A stretch of DNA of 64,000 nucleotides from Xanthobacteraceae bacterium (GTDB lineage Bacteria; Pseudomonadota; Alphaproteobacteria; Rhizobiales; Xanthobacteraceae). This document shows positions 35,420 to 44,421 of this stretch, one piece after another. A program made the translations under genes and the position numbers. The stretch spans positions 17,154 to 81,153 of the forward strand of contig DATHCD010000075.1 in NCBI GenBank assembly GCA_035319735.1, given 5' to 3'. How positions within the stretch are numbered: the stretch's first letter is position 1; each line of letters begins with the position of its first letter. The notes below the pieces were generated by a model, which was not told the DNA's origin, ran no database searches, and saw only the letters and a list, made by a program, of their open reading frames with translations.

Positions 35420-36384
35420 GCGCCGGGCGGTTTCTCGCATGGGTCGTGCTGGCGTCGATCGGCCCCGCTATCGCTGCGCTGACCACCTCGGCACTGGCAC
35501 AGTCGCTTATCGCGCAGGCGACATTTTCCGCGATGTTCGCGCTCGGCGTCGGTCTGCTGTTGCGGCAGAACGGCATGGTCAGCTTCGGCCACGCGGCATT
35601 CTTCGGCCTGCCCGGATATATGCTTGGCGCTCTCCTTCCGCTCAATTTGCTGCCCGTTGAAGTGATGATCTGCGCGACCGTGGTGCTGATCGGCATCCTG
35701 GCGTTCATCATCGGCCTGGTGATCGTGCGCGCCCACGGCATTGCATTCGGCATGCTCACGCTTGCCGTCGGGCAGGCGGTGTACGAGGCGGCAACCCGCC
35801 TGCGCGGACTGACCGGCGGCAATGACGGTCTCAGCCTGCGCTTGCCGAAGCATCTGTTCGGTCTATCGCTGAAGACCCTGCAACAGCCCGCGGGAATGCT
35901 GACGGTGTCTTGGCTCGTCATGGTGGCGATGCTCGCGATCGTTTCCGTCTTCGCCGCCAGCCGGTTCGGAATTCTCACTGAGGCCATCCGCGACAACGAG
36001 GAGCGAGCGCGCTTCCTTGGATACCGCACCCTGTTGCCGCGCGCCGCCGTGTTGGGTCTGTCGGCCGCAGTGACCGCGGTCGGCGGCGTAATGTTTGCGC
36101 TCTACAACGCCTTCATTTCACCGGACAATGTGCATTGGACCGCTTCGGGTTCGGCCTTGATCATGGCGATCCTCGGCGGCAGCGGCGCGCCCTGGGGCCC
36201 GGTGGCCGGGGCGTTTGTCTACTTCTTCTTGAAGGAATCGCTGGATAGCTTCACGACACACTGGCTGAGCATCATCGGCGCTGCCCTGATCATCATTACG
36301 GTCGTCTTTCCGGCGGGGCTCGCCGGACTGGTTCCCTGGGCAATCGCCCTTCGGCAACGGGAGGCTCACATTGCCCGCGCTTGA
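35416..36384 (+). CDS. Branched-chain-type ABC permease (LivM-like), system 3
   Basis: The real start is ATG 35416, which overlaps the LivH stop (ATGA), inside ORF 34894..36384. NGMVSFGHAAFFGLPGY and TEAIRDNEERARFLGY motifs. Confidence 0.9.
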   Translation: MSAGRFLAWVVLASIGPAIAALTTSALAQSLIAQATFSAMFALGVGLLLRQNGMVSFGHAAFFGLPGYMLGALLPLNLLPVEVMICATVVLIGILAFIIGLVIVRAHGIAFGMLTLAVGQAVYEAATRLRGLTGGNDGLSLRLPKHLFGLSLKTLQQPAGMLTVSWLVMVAMLAIVSVFAASRFGILTEAIRDNEERARFLGYRTLLPRAAVLGLSAAVTAVGGVMFALYNAFISPDNVHWTASGSALIMAILGGSGAPWGPVAGAFVYFFLKESLDSFTTHWLSIIGAALIIITVVFPAGLAGLVPWAIALRQREAHIARA

Positions 36385-37072
36385 GGTCAAAAACGTCAGC
36401 AAATCCTACGGCGGCTTTACCGCGCTCAACGGCGTCAACCTGACGGTCGCCACGGGCGAGATTCGCGCGCTGATCGGCCCGAATGGAGCGGGCAAATCCA
36501 CCCTCATCGACGTGATTTCCGGTCGCGCGGACAATTGGACGGGCGAAGTTCGTCTGTTCGATCGAGACATCAGCCGCCTTGCCGCCTCGCGGCGCCGCCT
36601 GATCGGCGTATCGCGCTCGTTCCAAAGGACAAGCATCTTTCCCAATCTGACGGTGCGGTGCCAACTGCGTCTGGCCGCCGAGCGGGTGGGCGACCGCGAC
36701 GGTGATTCCATATTGGAAGAGTTTGGCCTTGCCGCGCTGGCGGACCGCAATGGCGGCGCCATCGCCTACGGCGATCAGCGCCGCCTCGACCTCGCTCTGG
36801 CTCTCGTCGGACGGCCTCCCCTATTGCTTCTCGACGAGCCTGCGGCGGGGTTGTCGTTGGAGGAGTCGAAGCATCTCGCCGCGCATCTGCGCACGCTGGC
36901 GCAACGCTGGAACGTCACGGTGCTGCTGGTGGAGCACGACATGGAGGTCGTCTTCTCCATTGCCGACCAAATCACGGTTCTGCAACTGGGGACGGTGCTG
37001 GCGCAAGGCGTTGCCGACGACATACGCCGCAACCGCTCGGTCGTCGAAGCCTATTTGGGATCAATGGCGTGA
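36371..37072 (+). CDS. ABC transporter ATP-binding protein (LivG-like), system 3
   Basis: TTG start. GPNGAGKSTLIDV, YGDQRRLDLALAL, LLLLDEPAAGLS. Confidence 0.85.
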   Translation: MPALEVKNVSKSYGGFTALNGVNLTVATGEIRALIGPNGAGKSTLIDVISGRADNWTGEVRLFDRDISRLAASRRRLIGVSRSFQRTSIFPNLTVRCQLRLAAERVGDRDGDSILEEFGLAALADRNGGAIAYGDQRRLDLALALVGRPPLLLLDEPAAGLSLEESKHLAAHLRTLAQRWNVTVLLVEHDMEVVFSIADQITVLQLGTVLAQGVADDIRRNRSVVEAYLGSMA

Positions 37073-37767
37073 ACACGCTTTTGGCATTTGACTCCGTTGC
37101 GGCCGGCTACGGCCAAGCCCGCATCCTCGACGGCATCTCATTTGCGATCGGCAAGGGCGATGCCGTCGCCGTCCTCGGCCGCAACGGCGTCGGCAAGACG
37201 ACGATCGTCAACACCTTCCTCGGCATCGCCCGGCTGCTTGCCGGCCGCGTGCACCTGCAGGACAGGGAATGTCGCGACATAAGAAACTATTCGGCCGCTT
37301 GCGCGGGCATCGCGACGGTTATTCAGGGGCGCGGCATTCTGCCCAACATCACGGTGCGCGAAAATCTGTTGCTGGGCGCCGCGCCGCGGCGCCGCGGGCC
37401 CTGGTCGCTACGCCAAGTCTATGACCTATTTCCGATTCTGCGGGAGCGGGCCGACAGCAAAGGCAGTGCGCTAAGCGGCGGCCAGCAGCAAATGTTGGCC
37501 ATCGGCCGCGCACTCATGGCAAATCCGGATCTGCTGGTGCTCGACGAGCCGAGCGAGGGCTTGGCGCCGGTCATCATCGACGACGTCGCCGCCGTCCTGC
37601 GACGGCTGTCCGGCGAAGGCACCGCGATCCTGCTCATCGAACAGAATCTGAGCCTGGTCGAACGGGTGGTCCGTTCGTATCACGTGCTCTCCAAGGGGCG
37701 AGTGGTCGAACAGGGCTCACTCACCGACACGACGATGGCCGAGCTGCAACGGCACATCGCCATTTGA
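37069..37767 (+). CDS. ABC transporter ATP-binding protein (LivF-like), system 3
   Basis: GTG start overlapping the upstream stop. GRNGVGKTTIV, LSGGQQQMLAIGRAL, LLVLDEPSEGLAP. Confidence 0.9.
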   Translation: MNTLLAFDSVAAGYGQARILDGISFAIGKGDAVAVLGRNGVGKTTIVNTFLGIARLLAGRVHLQDRECRDIRNYSAACAGIATVIQGRGILPNITVRENLLLGAAPRRRGPWSLRQVYDLFPILRERADSKGSALSGGQQQMLAIGRALMANPDLLVLDEPSEGLAPVIIDDVAAVLRRLSGEGTAILLIEQNLSLVERVVRSYHVLSKGRVVEQGSLTDTTMAELQRHIAI

Positions 37768-37778
37768 AAGGAGGCACT

Positions 37779-38969
37779 ATGCGTAACGCGTCATTACTAT
37801 CAATGCTGGCCATCGCCGCGACGAGCCTGATCGGCGCCGACGCGGCCATGGCCAAAGACCCGATTCGGATCGGCGTGCCGACGTCGCTCACTGGTCCCTA
37901 TGTCGAGCTGGGCGCGGAAGCAAAACGCGGGGCCGAGTTTGCCGCCGATGAAGTCAACGCCAAGGGCGGCGTCGATGGCCGCAGGGTCGAGCTCGAATTC
38001 GCCGACACCGAGGGCAACCCCGATGCCGGTCGGCGCGCGGCCGAGAAACTCGCGCGCAGCGGCTATCGTCTGCTCACCGGCGCAATCTCGTCGGCGGTCG
38101 GACTGGCGATCGCCGGCCAAGTGCAGAAATGGGACGCGCTTTACATCTCCTCCATCAACAAGAGCGACCGGCTGACCGGCGAAGCATGCAATCCGCGGGT
38201 GTTCCGTGCCAATCATTCGGATTCGATGGACATGGCGTTGATCGGTCCGTGGCTGAAGCAACGGCCCGAAGCCGAGTGGAGCGTGATGGCCGCCGACTAT
38301 GGCTGGGGCCACGATTCCGCCGATGCCTTCTCGGCCGCCGCGACTGCCGCCGGCAAGTCGCTCAAGATCAAGCTTTTCGCTCCGCTCGGCACCAAGGATT
38401 ACGCGCCCTACATCCAACAGATCAAGGACGCCAATCCACGCGGCCTGTGGGTTGCCTTGTCGGGCCGCGACGCCGTCAATTTCGGCATTCAAGCCAAGCA
38501 GTTCAATCTGCTCGACTCGGTTTTCGCGGTCAGCCAGAGCTTTGCCGTGCCGGCGACCATCAAGGGCATGGGCGACTTGGCGGAGGGCGTGTGGGGCATC
38601 GTCAACTACACGTCCACACTCGACACGCCCGGCAACAAGGCCTTCGTTGCCGCCTGGGTGAAGGCTTACGGCAAGGAGCCGGGCAATTTCGAGGCGGAAA
38701 CCTATGTGGCGATGAAGGCCCTGTTCGCCGCGGTCGAAAAGGCCGACAGCGTCGAACCCGAGGCGGTGGCCGCAGCGTTGTCCGACATCGCCTTCGAGGT
38801 GCCGTTCTACGGAAAGGTGACCATGCGGCCCGCCGATCACCAGTTGATGCTGCCTAACTATATTGGCCGCGTCACGCGGGTGAACGGCGAGCTGAAACCG
38901 GTGGTCAGCGTCACGGTCGATGCCGAACACGCAATCGGGCCGCCCTCGCCCGCCTGCAAGATGATGTGA
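37779..38969 (+). CDS. ABC transporter substrate-binding protein, LIV/HAAT type, system 3
   Basis: ATG 37779 preceded by AAGGAGG. Signal peptide MRNASLLSMLAIAATSLIGADAAMA. IRIGVPTSLTGPYVELG start. Confidence 0.9.
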   Translation: MRNASLLSMLAIAATSLIGADAAMAKDPIRIGVPTSLTGPYVELGAEAKRGAEFAADEVNAKGGVDGRRVELEFADTEGNPDAGRRAAEKLARSGYRLLTGAISSAVGLAIAGQVQKWDALYISSINKSDRLTGEACNPRVFRANHSDSMDMALIGPWLKQRPEAEWSVMAADYGWGHDSADAFSAAATAAGKSLKIKLFAPLGTKDYAPYIQQIKDANPRGLWVALSGRDAVNFGIQAKQFNLLDSVFAVSQSFAVPATIKGMGDLAEGVWGIVNYTSTLDTPGNKAFVAAWVKAYGKEPGNFEAETYVAMKALFAAVEKADSVEPEAVAAALSDIAFEVPFYGKVTMRPADHQLMLPNYIGRVTRVNGELKPVVSVTVDAEHAIGPPSPACKMM

Positions 38970-39017
38970 CACCGAGCCGGCTGCGGCCATCCGCAGCCGG
39001 CGCTTTTGCTCGCCGCC

Positions 39018-39634
39018 ATGCGCATCGAAACTTCCCTCACGCCTGCGCGCCGTGCTGCGATGACAGCAGCCGGCTTGTGGCGCGACCGCACTCTGCTCGA
39101 TCATCTGGATGCCACCGTTGCCGCGCATCCCGACAAGATAGCGGTGACCGCGTTGGAGGTCTGCCGCCCGACGCTGCCGGCCGATTGGAGGTGCGCGGCG
39201 CGGGCAATTTCGTCGGCTACCTCAAGCGCCCCGAATATTACGCGGTCGATGCCGACGGCTGGTTCGACACCGGCGACCTTGCCCGCATGGATGCCGACGG
39301 CTACATCCGCATCACCGGCCGGGCCAAAGACATCATCATTCGCGGCGGCGAGAACATCCCGGCGGTGGAGATCGAGAACCTGCTCTTTCAGCATGCGGCG
39401 GTGCGCGAAGTGGCCATCGTCGGCATGCCTGATCCGCAGCTGGGCGAGCGCGCCTGCGCCTTCGTCACGCTGCGCGAGGGGCAAACTCTGACCCTCGATG
39501 AAATGGTGGCGTTCCTGGAAAAGCAAAGCATGGCCAAGCAGTATTTTCCGGAGCGCCTCGAAGTGCTGGGCGAAATGCCGCGTACCGCCAGCGGAAAAAT
39601 TCAGAAATTCCGTCTCCGCGAAATGATCCGGTAA
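39018..39634 (+). pseudogene. AliA-like acyl-CoA ligase paralogue 3, inactivated by a large internal out-of-frame deletion
   Basis: Frame A (ATG 39018) gives MRIETSLTPARRAAMTAAGLWRDRTLLDHLDATVAAHPDKIAVTA, which aligns with residues ~8-50 of paralogue 1. From about 39158 a different frame gives GLPPDAAGRLEVRGAGNFVGYLKRPEYYAVDADGWFDTGDLARMDADGYIRITGRAKDIIIRGGENIPAVEIENLL...SGKIQKFRLREMIR, the last ~155 residues of the family. The ~350 central codons, including the AMP-binding motif, are missing. Confidence 0.8.
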
Positions 39635-39678
39635 GCCTCCGCGTTCTCACTCGGTCCTATCATCCTGCTGGTGCGCCC

Positions 39679-40815
39679 ATGATGCTCAACGAACAACAAT
39701 CCATGATCCGCGACACGGCGCGCCAGTTCGCGCGCGAGCGCCTCAAGCCCAATTCCGCTGCCTGGGACCGAGACAAGACCTTCCCACGCGACGCGCTGGC
39801 TGAGATGGGACGCCTCGGCTTCCTCGGCATGACCGTGCCGACCGAGTGGGGCGGCGTCGGCGCGGATGCCGTGTCGCTTGCGGTTGCGCTGGAAGAAATC
39901 GCGGCCGGCGATGCCGCCTGCGCCACGATTATGAGCGGCCACAATTCGGTTGGCTGTATGCCGATCGCCATGTTCGGTACGCCCGAACAGAAGGAGCGTT
40001 TCCTGCGCCCGATGGCGCAAGGCAAGATGCTGTCGGCGTTCTGCCTGACCGAACCGCAAGGCGGCTCTGATGCCGGCGCGATGACGACACGCGCGCGGCA
40101 GGAGGGCGACCATTACGTCCTTTCAGGCGTCAAGCAGTTCATCACCACCGGCAAGCATGCCGACGTCGCGCTGATCTTCGCCAAGACCAACCCCGACGCG
40201 GGCAGCCGCGGCATCAGCGGCTTCATCGTGCCGGTCGACTCGCCCGGCTATACCGTCGGGCGGGTCGAATCGAAGATGGGCCAAAATGCCTCCGATACCT
40301 GCCAAATCGTTCTCGAGGGCCTGCGCATTCCGGCCTCGTTTCGCCTCGGCGCGGAGGGAGAAGGCTACCGCATCGCGCTCTGCAATCTGGAGGGTGGTCG
40401 GATCGGCATCGCCGCGCAGGCGGTCGGGATCGCGCGCGCGGCGCTTGACGTCGCATTTGCCTACGCCCGCGAACGCATCACATTCGGCAAGCCGATCATC
40501 GAGCATCAGGCGGTCGGGTTCCGACTGGCGGCGATGGCGACGCGCATCGAGGCGGCGCGGCAATTGGTGCTGCATGCCGCGCAATTGCGCGACGGTGGCG
40601 CGCCATGTCTGAAGGAGGCCTGCATGGCCAAGCTGGTCGCCTCGGAAACGGCGGAATGGGTCTGTTCAGAGGCGATCCAGACCCTTGGCGGCTACGGCTA
40701 CCTCAGCGACTTCCCCGTCGAACAGCTCTATCGGGACGCGCGCGTCACCCGCATCTATGAGGGCACCAACGACATCCAGCATCTTGTCATCCTGCGCGAA
40801 ATGATGCGGCCATGA
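39679..40815 (+). CDS. Acyl-CoA dehydrogenase
   Basis: A 378-aa ORF. FCLTEPQGGSDAG, GEGYRIALCNLEGGRIGIAAQAVG, QTLGGYGYLSDFPVEQLYRDARVTRIYEGTNDIQ. Confidence 0.9.
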   Translation: MMLNEQQSMIRDTARQFARERLKPNSAAWDRDKTFPRDALAEMGRLGFLGMTVPTEWGGVGADAVSLAVALEEIAAGDAACATIMSGHNSVGCMPIAMFGTPEQKERFLRPMAQGKMLSAFCLTEPQGGSDAGAMTTRARQEGDHYVLSGVKQFITTGKHADVALIFAKTNPDAGSRGISGFIVPVDSPGYTVGRVESKMGQNASDTCQIVLEGLRIPASFRLGAEGEGYRIALCNLEGGRIGIAAQAVGIARAALDVAFAYARERITFGKPIIEHQAVGFRLAAMATRIEAARQLVLHAAQLRDGGAPCLKEACMAKLVASETAEWVCSEAIQTLGGYGYLSDFPVEQLYRDARVTRIYEGTNDIQHLVILREMMRP

Positions 40816-40918
40816 CCTCATCGAGCGCGCTTTGCACGGCATCGGCGCCACCGCTTTCCTGCATCAAGGGGCTTGACTTCATCGCTTTGCTGCGTGGCCC
40901 ATTGAGCGGGCGCGGCCG

Positions 40919-42109
40919 CTAGAGCCGTTTCGCGACTTCCTCGAGCATTACCTCGGTCGCGCCGCCGCCGATCGCCTGTACGCGCGCATCGCGGGCCATG
41001 CGTTCGATGGTGCTCTCGCGCATAAAGCCCATGCCGCCGTGAAACTGCAGGCAGTCATGCATGACCTCGTTGACGAGTTCACCGCAATAGGCCTTGATCA
41101 TCGAGACTTCCTTAGTGGCGTCGATTCCCCGCGTGGCCAGCCACGCGGTGTGGTAGACGAGTTGACGGCCCGCCTCGACCTTGGCCGCGAGCATCGCCAG
41201 GCGTTGCCGGATCGCCTGCTTTTGCCAGAGCGGAGCGCCGAAGGCCTTGCGGGTGCGCACATATTCGAGCGTCAGCTCGATGGCGGCCGAAGCCTCCCCG
41301 ATGGCCATTGCCGCGATCACGGTCCGCTCGTTCTGGAAATTCTTCATGATCGCATAAAACCCGCGGCCTTCCTCGCCGAGCCTGTTCTCGGCGGGAATGC
41401 GACAAGCCTCGAAGTGCAGCTCGGCCGTGTCGGACGACCGCCAGCCATGCTTGTCGAGCGCGCGGCTGACGGTAAAGCCGGGGGCGCCCTTCTCGACGAT
41501 AAACATCGTGATCGACCGGCTCGGCGGACCCGAGGGATCGGTCTTCGCCGCCACGCAATAGAGATCGCCGTAGACGCCGTTGGTGATGAACATTTTTGCG
41601 CCGTCGAGGACGTAGCAATCGCCGTCGCGCCGCGCCACCGTGCGAATGCCCTTCACGTCGGAGCCCGCGTCCGGCTCGGTCACGGCAACGGCGGTAATGA
41701 CCTCCCCGGAAACGATGCGCGGCATCCATTTGTCCTTCTGCGCTTCACTTCCGGCATTGAAGAGATGCACCGACGCCATATCGGTGTGGACGAGAGCGGT
41801 GATCGCAACGCCGCCGAAGGTCGAGCAACCGAGTTCCTCGGCAAACACGACGGTCGCCAGCGTATCCATCTCCGATCCGCCATAGCGGGCCGGATAGCGG
41901 ATGCCGAAGAACCCAAGATTGCCCATGCGGCGCAGCACCTCGCGCGGCACGTAGCCCTGCTCCTCCCAGGCGGCCGCCTTCGGCTTGATTTCGGTATTGA
42001 CGAAGCGGCGCACCTGAGCGCGCAGCAGCTCATGCTCAGCCGAGAAGTAGGGCGAACGGTGCGCGGAGGACGCAGCGTCCGCAGGCGTGATGTCGGCAAT
42101 TCTATTCAT
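40919..42109 (-). CDS. Acyl-CoA dehydrogenase
   Basis: A 396-aa ORF. VAVTEPDAGSDV, FQNERTVIAAMAIG, QFHGGMGFMRESTIERMARDARVQAIGGGATEVM. Confidence 0.9.
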   Translation of the reverse strand: MNRIADITPADAASSAHRSPYFSAEHELLRAQVRRFVNTEIKPKAAAWEEQGYVPREVLRRMGNLGFFGIRYPARYGGSEMDTLATVVFAEELGCSTFGGVAITALVHTDMASVHLFNAGSEAQKDKWMPRIVSGEVITAVAVTEPDAGSDVKGIRTVARRDGDCYVLDGAKMFITNGVYGDLYCVAAKTDPSGPPSRSITMFIVEKGAPGFTVSRALDKHGWRSSDTAELHFEACRIPAENRLGEEGRGFYAIMKNFQNERTVIAAMAIGEASAAIELTLEYVRTRKAFGAPLWQKQAIRQRLAMLAAKVEAGRQLVYHTAWLATRGIDATKEVSMIKAYCGELVNEVMHDCLQFHGGMGFMRESTIERMARDARVQAIGGGATEVMLEEVAKRL

Positions 42110-42232
42110 GAGAGTTCGGTTCAGTCATCGCCCGCGCGGCAGGCACGGGTGCGAACATACTCGCAAATGCGCCGCCGCCATAGCAATACGCTTGCACCGG
42201 CGAATCGCGGACGAGGCGATCGTCCGCGACGG

Positions 42233-43126
42233 TCAAAGCGCGTCGACGAAGGCCACCATTTGCCGACGCTGGTCGGGATCGGGCAACAGGCCGCTCATGG
42301 CGCCGAGATTGTCGGTCATGTGCGCCGGATCGGACGTGCCGGGAATGACCGTCGTCACTCGCGGATCAGCCAAAAGATATTTGAGGAAGAATTGCGCCCA
42401 GGTCTCGGCAAACCCGCGCGCCCAGTCGGGAATTTCCTTGCCGCGTACGGCGCGGAACAGCCGGGCGCGGCCAAACGGCAACGCCGTGAGCACGCCGGCC
42501 TTGACCTCCGCCGCGAGCGGCAGGATGCGCTTCTCCGCTTCGCGGTCGTCCAGTGAATAATCGATCTGCACGAAATCAGGTTTTTCCCGCGCCAGCACCG
42601 CCTCGACCGCGGCAAAGTCGGCGTGGCGGGTCGAGGTAATACCGATGTAGCGGGCGACGCCTTGCGCTTTCCACTCCCTGAACTGCGCGAGGGATTGCTG
42701 CGGGTCGCGCACATTGTGGAGTTGCAGCAGGTCGAGCTTCTCGGTCTTCAGCCGGGTCTGCGAGCGCTTCAGCTCGGCAGCGTCGGGCGCCTCGAGCTTG
42801 GTGGCGATAAAGAGCTTGTCGCCCAGGCCGGCAGGTCCGATCACGTCACCCAGCACGCTCTCGGCATCGCCATAGACCGACGCCGTGTCGATCAGGCGCC
42901 CGCCGCCTGCGGCCAGCGCCTGCACCACCGCGGCCGCCTTCTGCCGGGTCGCGTCGTCATTGGTGTTGAACACCTGGGCGGTGCCGAGGCCAACCACCGG
43001 CAGCCGCTCGCCGCTACTGGGAATGGCGCGGGTGAGGATCGCGGGAGCCTGCGCGAAGGCTCGCGGCGCCAACGCCGCCGCGCCAGTCGCTATCGTGAAT
43101 TCGCGTCGCGTCATGCGGATGCTCAT
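42233..43126 (-). CDS. Aldo/keto reductase with a twin-arginine (Tat) signal peptide
   Basis: The real start is ATG 43126 inside merged ORF 42233..44065; it overlaps the upstream stop as ATGA. Leader MSIRMTRREFTIATGAAALAPRAFAQA. AKR landmarks IDTASVYGDAE (Asp/Tyr), FIATK (Lys), LQLHN (His). Confidence 0.85.
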   Translation of the reverse strand: MSIRMTRREFTIATGAAALAPRAFAQAPAILTRAIPSSGERLPVVGLGTAQVFNTNDDATRQKAAAVVQALAAGGGRLIDTASVYGDAESVLGDVIGPAGLGDKLFIATKLEAPDAAELKRSQTRLKTEKLDLLQLHNVRDPQQSLAQFREWKAQGVARYIGITSTRHADFAAVEAVLAREKPDFVQIDYSLDDREAEKRILPLAAEVKAGVLTALPFGRARLFRAVRGKEIPDWARGFAETWAQFFLKYLLADPRVTTVIPGTSDPAHMTDNLGAMSGLLPDPDQRRQMVAFVDAL

Positions 43127-44421
43127 GCTCGTTCTCCTTGCGTTGCGGCGGCGTCCACCGCAAGCGCAGCGTGACGTTCCTGGGCCCATCCTAACGCCGC
43201 CGACAGGACGAGCCAGCCCGCCGCGACCGGCAGCGCAACAAGCGCGATCGCGCCGAGTTTCAGACCGAGCGCCTGCAGGCTGTCGAAAACCCAGCCATAC
43301 AAGGCGTCGGAGCCGCGATAGATCACCACGTCGATCAGGTTCTTGGCTTTGTACTTCTCCTCGCGCGCCAGCACGGTGAAGAACACTTGCCGCGCCGGAT
43401 TGGCGATAGCGAAATTCATCCAGCGCTGAACCACTTGCACGCCGACGACGACGGCAAGCGTCGGCGCCAAGAACAGCGCGGCGAAGCCGATGATGTAAAC
43501 CGCCGGCAGCGCGCCGGCTCCGGCGCCGGTGCCAAAGCGCTTGAGCAGCCGCCCGGTGGCGAAGACCTGCGTCGCCAGGCTGAGCAAATTCACCGCCAGA
43601 TCCATACCGGCGAAAATGCGCGTCTGCGCGCCGGCGCCTTGCACCGCGGCCGAGACGATGTGGGCCTGTTCGAAATAAAGGATGGTGGCGCAGAACGAGA
43701 GCAGGCTGACCCAAGCGCCGACGCCGAGGAGATAGGGCGACCAAATCAGCTCCGGCAGCGCCGCGAAGGCGCTGCCGCCGAGGCGTCGGGGTTCGCTGGC
43801 GGCTCCGGTTGGCGCCGTGGCTGCGCGTTCGAGACGGTGAACGCAGAACACCGCCAGCTCCAACAAAATCGCCGCCGCGATCAACAGGTTGACAGGGCCC
43901 AGCGGTTCGGAAAGCCCAATCGTGATGCTCGGACCTAACAGCGCCCCGGCAGTGCCGCCGGCACCGATGAAGCCAAACAGCCGCTTGCCCTGCTCGGCGG
44001 TAAACAGGTCGGCCATGAACGACCAGAAAACGGCGACCGCGAACAGGTTGAACACGCTGACCCAAACGAAGAACACGCGCGCGATGATCACTGCGGCGAC
44101 ATCAAGCGTCAGCAGCACCCAGAACAAGGCTAGGTTGGCGACGAAGAAGTGATAGACAATGGGGATGAAACGCGCGCGCGGCAGCCTCGCCACCAGCGCG
44201 CCGTAGACCGGCTGCGCAACGACGAGGGTCACGAAGGTGGCGGTGAACATCCACGGCAGGTTCCGCACGCCCCCGGCGATGCCCATCTGGTCGCGCAGGG
44301 GCCGCAACACGTAATAACCGGCAAGCAGCGTGAAGAAGTAGGCGAACGACCACAACGTCGCCGCGCGCTCCTGCGGCGTTGCCGGCACCGCCCAGCCGAC
44401 CCAGCGTCGCAGCGCGTTCAT
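43123..44421 (-). CDS. TLC / ATP:ADP antiporter family (COG3202-type) transporter homologue
   Basis: A 432-aa polytopic protein. FFTLLAGYYVLRPLRDQMG, VWVSVFNLFAVAVFWSFMADLFTAEQGKRLFGFIGAGGTAGALLG and KYKAKNLIDVVIYRGSDAL parallel the Rickettsia Tlc1 segments NYTILRDTKD, LWGSVMLSLLFWGFANEI..EAKRFYALFGIGAN and KVKGKAAIDVVAARFGKSGGAL, recalled from memory. Confidence 0.8.
   Translation of the reverse strand: MNALRRWVGWAVPATPQERAATLWSFAYFFTLLAGYYVLRPLRDQMGIAGGVRNLPWMFTATFVTLVVAQPVYGALVARLPRARFIPIVYHFFVANLALFWVLLTLDVAAVIIARVFFVWVSVFNLFAVAVFWSFMADLFTAEQGKRLFGFIGAGGTAGALLGPSITIGLSEPLGPVNLLIAAAILLELAVFCVHRLERAATAPTGAASEPRRLGGSAFAALPELIWSPYLLGVGAWVSLLSFCATILYFEQAHIVSAAVQGAGAQTRIFAGMDLAVNLLSLATQVFATGRLLKRFGTGAGAGALPAVYIIGFAALFLAPTLAVVVGVQVVQRWMNFAIANPARQVFFTVLAREEKYKAKNLIDVVIYRGSDALYGWVFDSLQALGLKLGAIALVALPVAAGWLVLSAALGWAQERHAALAVDAAATQGERA

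Noticed and set aside
43127-44065. Upstream part of merged ORF 42233..44065 (610 aa).
   Set aside because: It lies out of frame over the TLC-type transporter gene. The aldo/keto reductase clearly begins at the Tat leader (ATG 43126), coupled to the transporter stop.
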